DNA of 38,114 bases from a virus. Lineage: Duplodnaviria > Caudoviricetes. A program made the position numbers and the translations under genes. Where the stretch lies: positions 1 to 38,114 of IMG/VR virus record IMGVR_UViG_3300020043_002760; one strand, given 5' to 3'. Numbering within the stretch: the stretch's first letter is position 1; every line of letters starts with the position of its first letter. Positions 35,592-38,114 of this stretch are shown piece after piece. Below the pieces are notes generated by a model. It made no database searches and was not told where the DNA came from. It saw only the letters and a list, made by a program, of their open reading frames with translations.

Positions 35592-36037
35592 AAATCCTCG
35601 GCATCGACCCCGGCATGTCCGGTGCACTTGCTTACTACGACGGTACGGAATTACTCATTTGGGATATGCCCATTTTTAAAAAGGAAAAAGGAAATGACCT
35701 CGACATCCACGCTCTATACAAAATCTTCCAAGAAGCAGGTCCGGATCACATCTGGCTCGAAAAGACGGTCGCCATGCCAAAAGTCAGCGGTAAAGCAGCT
35801 TACTCGATGGGAAAGAGCGAGGGTTCGCTTATCGCTCTATGTGTTGCGCTTGGGCTACCATATACTCTTGTCCGTCCAGCAGAGTGGAAAAAAGAAATGT
35901 CCTGCCCAGCAGACAAGGACGCTTCAAGGCAAAGGGCCAGCCAACTCCTTCCGCAATGGACGCATAACTGGGACCGGAAGAAAGACGATGGTAGGGCAGA
36001 AGCGGCGTTAATCGCCCTTTACGGGTTCAATAAATAA
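35588..36037 (+). CDS. RuvC-like Holliday junction resolvase
   Basis: ILGIDPG..GA, WLE, P..WKK, DGRAEAALIA. Confidence 0.85.
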   Translation: MKILGIDPGMSGALAYYDGTELLIWDMPIFKKEKGNDLDIHALYKIFQEAGPDHIWLEKTVAMPKVSGKAAYSMGKSEGSLIALCVALGLPYTLVRPAEWKKEMSCPADKDASRQRASQLLPQWTHNWDRKKDDGRAEAALIALYGFNK

Positions 36038-36040
36038 CCC

Positions 36041-36069
36041 TTGCATAATCTGTTTTGTTTTGTTAAGGT
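36041..36069 (+). promoter_or_regulatory. Putative promoter TTGCAT-N17-TAAGGT containing an 18-bp repeat
   Basis: AATCTGTTTTGTTTTGTT shared with 37377-37394. Confidence 0.5.
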
Positions 36070-36077
36070 GGCTACCA

Positions 36078-36245
36078 GTGACAAAAAAGAAAACGTACAA
36101 GAATAAATCAAAGAACCCGCCGTATATACCAACTGAAAAGCCAAAGAAGGAATGGGTGGAGCGCACCTGTTCAAATTGTTACAAGTTATTCTGGGCAGAC
36201 GGTAGGTTTTTGAGATTGTGTGATTATTGTAGGAAGTTAGGGTGA
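36078..36245 (+). CDS. Small Zn-finger protein (CxxC...CxxC)
   Basis: RTCSNC...RLCDYCR; start uncertain. Confidence 0.65.
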   Translation: MTKKKTYKNKSKNPPYIPTEKPKKEWVERTCSNCYKLFWADGRFLRLCDYCRKLG

Positions 36246-36248
36246 AAG

Positions 36249-36450
36249 ATGAAAAAAGACATAACACTTACACCGGAACAGGTTAACCAGATCGGGGGGG
36301 TTGCACTATGCCTATGACCGAATGAAGTCTGACGAAGATAGGAATGTATTTGCAGACGCTATGATGCTCTTAATATCAGATGAGGATATAAACTCCATAT
36401 GTGAAGACTTGCTAGAGAGTGGTTTTGTCGTGCCGGAATGGAGGCATTAA
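36249..36450 (+). pseudogene. Small gene frameshifted at a G7 run
   Basis: With G7 it stops after 22 aa; with G6 it gives a 66-aa ORF filling the gap. Confidence 0.55.
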
Positions 36451-36451
36451 A

Positions 36452-36592
36452 ATGCGTGGATGCTCTACTGATTTTATCAGCAAAGAAGACCTAATGAGGT
36501 TTCAAGAGGCGCTAAAAGAAGCACAAAGCCATCTTGAAGAGTTTTTTAAGAAATATGCTCCGGAGAAAGAAGAAAAAGACAATGCCAAGTAA
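36452..36592 (+). CDS. Small helical protein (46 aa, MRGCSTDF...)
   Basis: Read manually; GGAGG RBS. Confidence 0.6.
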   Translation: MRGCSTDFISKEDLMRFQEALKEAQSHLEEFFKKYAPEKEEKDNAK

Positions 36593-36752
36593 ATATCAAC
36601 TATCATCCATGAAACCCAAAGCCGTAAAGTCTTTCCCGCTTGAATTATGGGATAAGATCAGGCTATCCGCGCACCAGACTGGCAAGCGGTACGGCTGGAC
36701 TTTCAGCACCCGCAGGGATGGAGAAAAGATTTTTGTGACGAGGGTTAAGTGA
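36582..36752 (+). CDS. Small basic putative DNA-binding protein
   Basis: SKY....M....SF...F.TR....I.V.RV pattern. Confidence 0.65.
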   Translation: MPSKYQLSSMKPKAVKSFPLELWDKIRLSAHQTGKRYGWTFSTRRDGEKIFVTRVK

Positions 36753-37369
36753 TAGCGGCTCTATATGTAGAAACGGATGGTTGCTATTTCAATCTTCCGG
36801 GAGTTGACCCGTGGGATGAAGAACGTGACGCTCGTCTTTATCAGGGGCCTTATCCAGTAATAGCCCACCCGCCATGCCAGCGATGGGGAAAAATGTGGAT
36901 GGGTAGCCCGTCATATGTTGCAAGAACCGGAATAAGAAAGAAAAAGGGTGATGATAACGGGTGTTTTGAAGCTGCCTTGAAGGCTGTAAGATTATACGGT
37001 GGCGTTCTCGAGCATCCCTATGGAAGTCATGCGTGGCCACATTTCGGATTGAGCAAGCCACACAGGAACGGTGGATGGATTAAGGCAGACGAATACGGCT
37101 GGACTTGCTGCGTGGAACAGGGAAGATACGGGCATTGGATGAGGAAGCCTACCCTTCTTTATGCGGTTGGGTGCGAATTGCCGGAGCTTTATTGGGGAAG
37201 AAGTGAGCCAGTTTATCCGGAATATGCGATTAAGAAATACGGAATTGAAAGATGCAAGAGAATGGGAGAGATAGCCTTCAAGGGTGGCGGTGTTGATAGC
37301 AGTGCAAGAAACGCAACACCTGGGGATTTTAAGGAAATACTGATAAAAATGGCAAGATCAGTAAAATAG
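36749..37369 (+). CDS. Minimal C5-cytosine methyltransferase-like protein, copy B
   Basis: AHPPC, VLEHP, YGH..RKPT.L; clear paralog of 28886-29470. Confidence 0.65.
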   Translation: MIAALYVETDGCYFNLPGVDPWDEERDARLYQGPYPVIAHPPCQRWGKMWMGSPSYVARTGIRKKKGDDNGCFEAALKAVRLYGGVLEHPYGSHAWPHFGLSKPHRNGGWIKADEYGWTCCVEQGRYGHWMRKPTLLYAVGCELPELYWGRSEPVYPEYAIKKYGIERCKRMGEIAFKGGGVDSSARNATPGDFKEILIKMARSVK

Positions 37370-37372
37370 TTC

Positions 37373-37401
37373 TTGCAATCTGTTTTGTTTTGTTTCACTA
37401 T
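37373..37401 (+). promoter_or_regulatory. Putative promoter TTGCAA-N17-CACTAT containing the 18-bp repeat
   Basis: Intergenic; repeat shared with 36047-36064. Confidence 0.45.
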
Positions 37402-37426
37402 CTCTATACCAACAAGGGAGGTTACA

Positions 37427-37705
37427 ATGACAACAGCAGTAAAATACGGGTTTACAACAAGACAAGACGGACTGGCAGACGATGACGGATACAAGTCCGA
37501 GGCAGATGCAATCGCAGCAGCCGAAGATTACTTTGACTATAAAGCTGGATCGGTCTTCTGGGTTTATTCCTATATCATTCCAGAAGTACAAGACGAGCTG
37601 ATCGAGTTGGCTAGAAACAAATACGTTGTCGCAGCCGAACAGTCAGGTGATGATGACTATGATACGCACATGAGATGGGAAACAAGACAGGGGAATTTTG
37701 TATGA
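37427..37705 (+). CDS. Hypothetical acidic protein
   Basis: GGAGG RBS before MTTAVKY. Confidence 0.72.
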   Translation: MTTAVKYGFTTRQDGLADDDGYKSEADAIAAAEDYFDYKAGSVFWVYSYIIPEVQDELIELARNKYVVAAEQSGDDDYDTHMRWETRQGNFV

Positions 37706-37836
37706 AACAGTATCCGTTTAATTGGGCCGAGTTCCATGCTTGGAAACGCCAGCAGGAAATCAAAGAAGCCGCAAGACAATGCGCTCTGGCATATATCAGA
37801 ATGTTTGTACCGAATTATAAGAGGGGACTGAAATGA
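37702..37836 (+). CDS. Small protein (44 aa) with NWxEFHAWKR motif
   Basis: Read manually; ATGA overlaps at both ends. Confidence 0.68.
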   Translation: MKQYPFNWAEFHAWKRQQEIKEAARQCALAYIRMFVPNYKRGLK

Positions 37837-38030
37837 CAGTAATATCAACTGATGCAGTTAAATACATGACCGAACGCAGCTATACACGCGGCTTGCGTCA
37901 TGCAATTGGCTTGAATTTTGTTCTGATTATGATTGTTGCTTTTGTGGCATTTTCTGCTGGCAGGACATACGCATATTACCAGCAGATTGACAGCGCGGCG
38001 AAGGTTGTGGAAGACATGAAGATTGATTAA
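37833..38030 (+). CDS. Small membrane protein
   Basis: One hydrophobic helix; coupled start. Confidence 0.65.
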   Translation: MTVISTDAVKYMTERSYTRGLRHAIGLNFVLIMIVAFVAFSAGRTYAYYQQIDSAAKVVEDMKID

Positions 38031-38035
38031 TAAAA

Positions 38036-38114
38036 AGGAGGGCTATTTATGGTCGTTAATGACAAACAATTCAGGCTGGAAAGGCGCGTCACTGGTTACG
38101 TGTCGCCAATTAAC
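38036..38114 (+). repeat. 79-bp exact direct repeat, copy 2, running off the window end (RBS and 5' end of RHH gene)
   Basis: Identical to 35417-35495. Confidence 0.92.

Overview
This window is a near-complete (not demonstrably closed) ~38 kb podovirus-type tailed phage genome, probably of an alphaproteobacterial host (inference from a CtrA-type box and gene types). The minus strand carries one long late region: terminases, portal, scaffold, major capsid, T7-like tail tube proteins, GNAT, ejection proteins, tail fibre, an unexplained accessory structural cassette, endolysin/holin/spanins and a metallophosphoesterase. It also carries a Prim-Pol/PriCT-2/AAA helicase, a putative SSB and a leftward arm of small genes. 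The plus strand carries a PD-(D/E)XK nuclease, an RHH-like protein, a RuvC-like resolvase and many small genes (34.7-38.1 kb and 0.4-2.75 kb). I recognised no integrase, DNA or RNA polymerase, CRISPR array or canonical tRNA. The most notable signals are non-coding or below the ORF-track cutoff. They are: two diverged copies of a tRNA-sized structured element placed before near-identical ribosome-binding sites; a promoter-to-terminator small RNA next to the lysis genes; a structured capsid leader; TTAACC boxes over the -10 of four promoter regions; an iteron-like origin; twin minimal C5-methyltransferase-like genes; and other paralogs shared by the two oppositely oriented arms. All calls come from reading the sequence by eye; no searches or folding programs were run.
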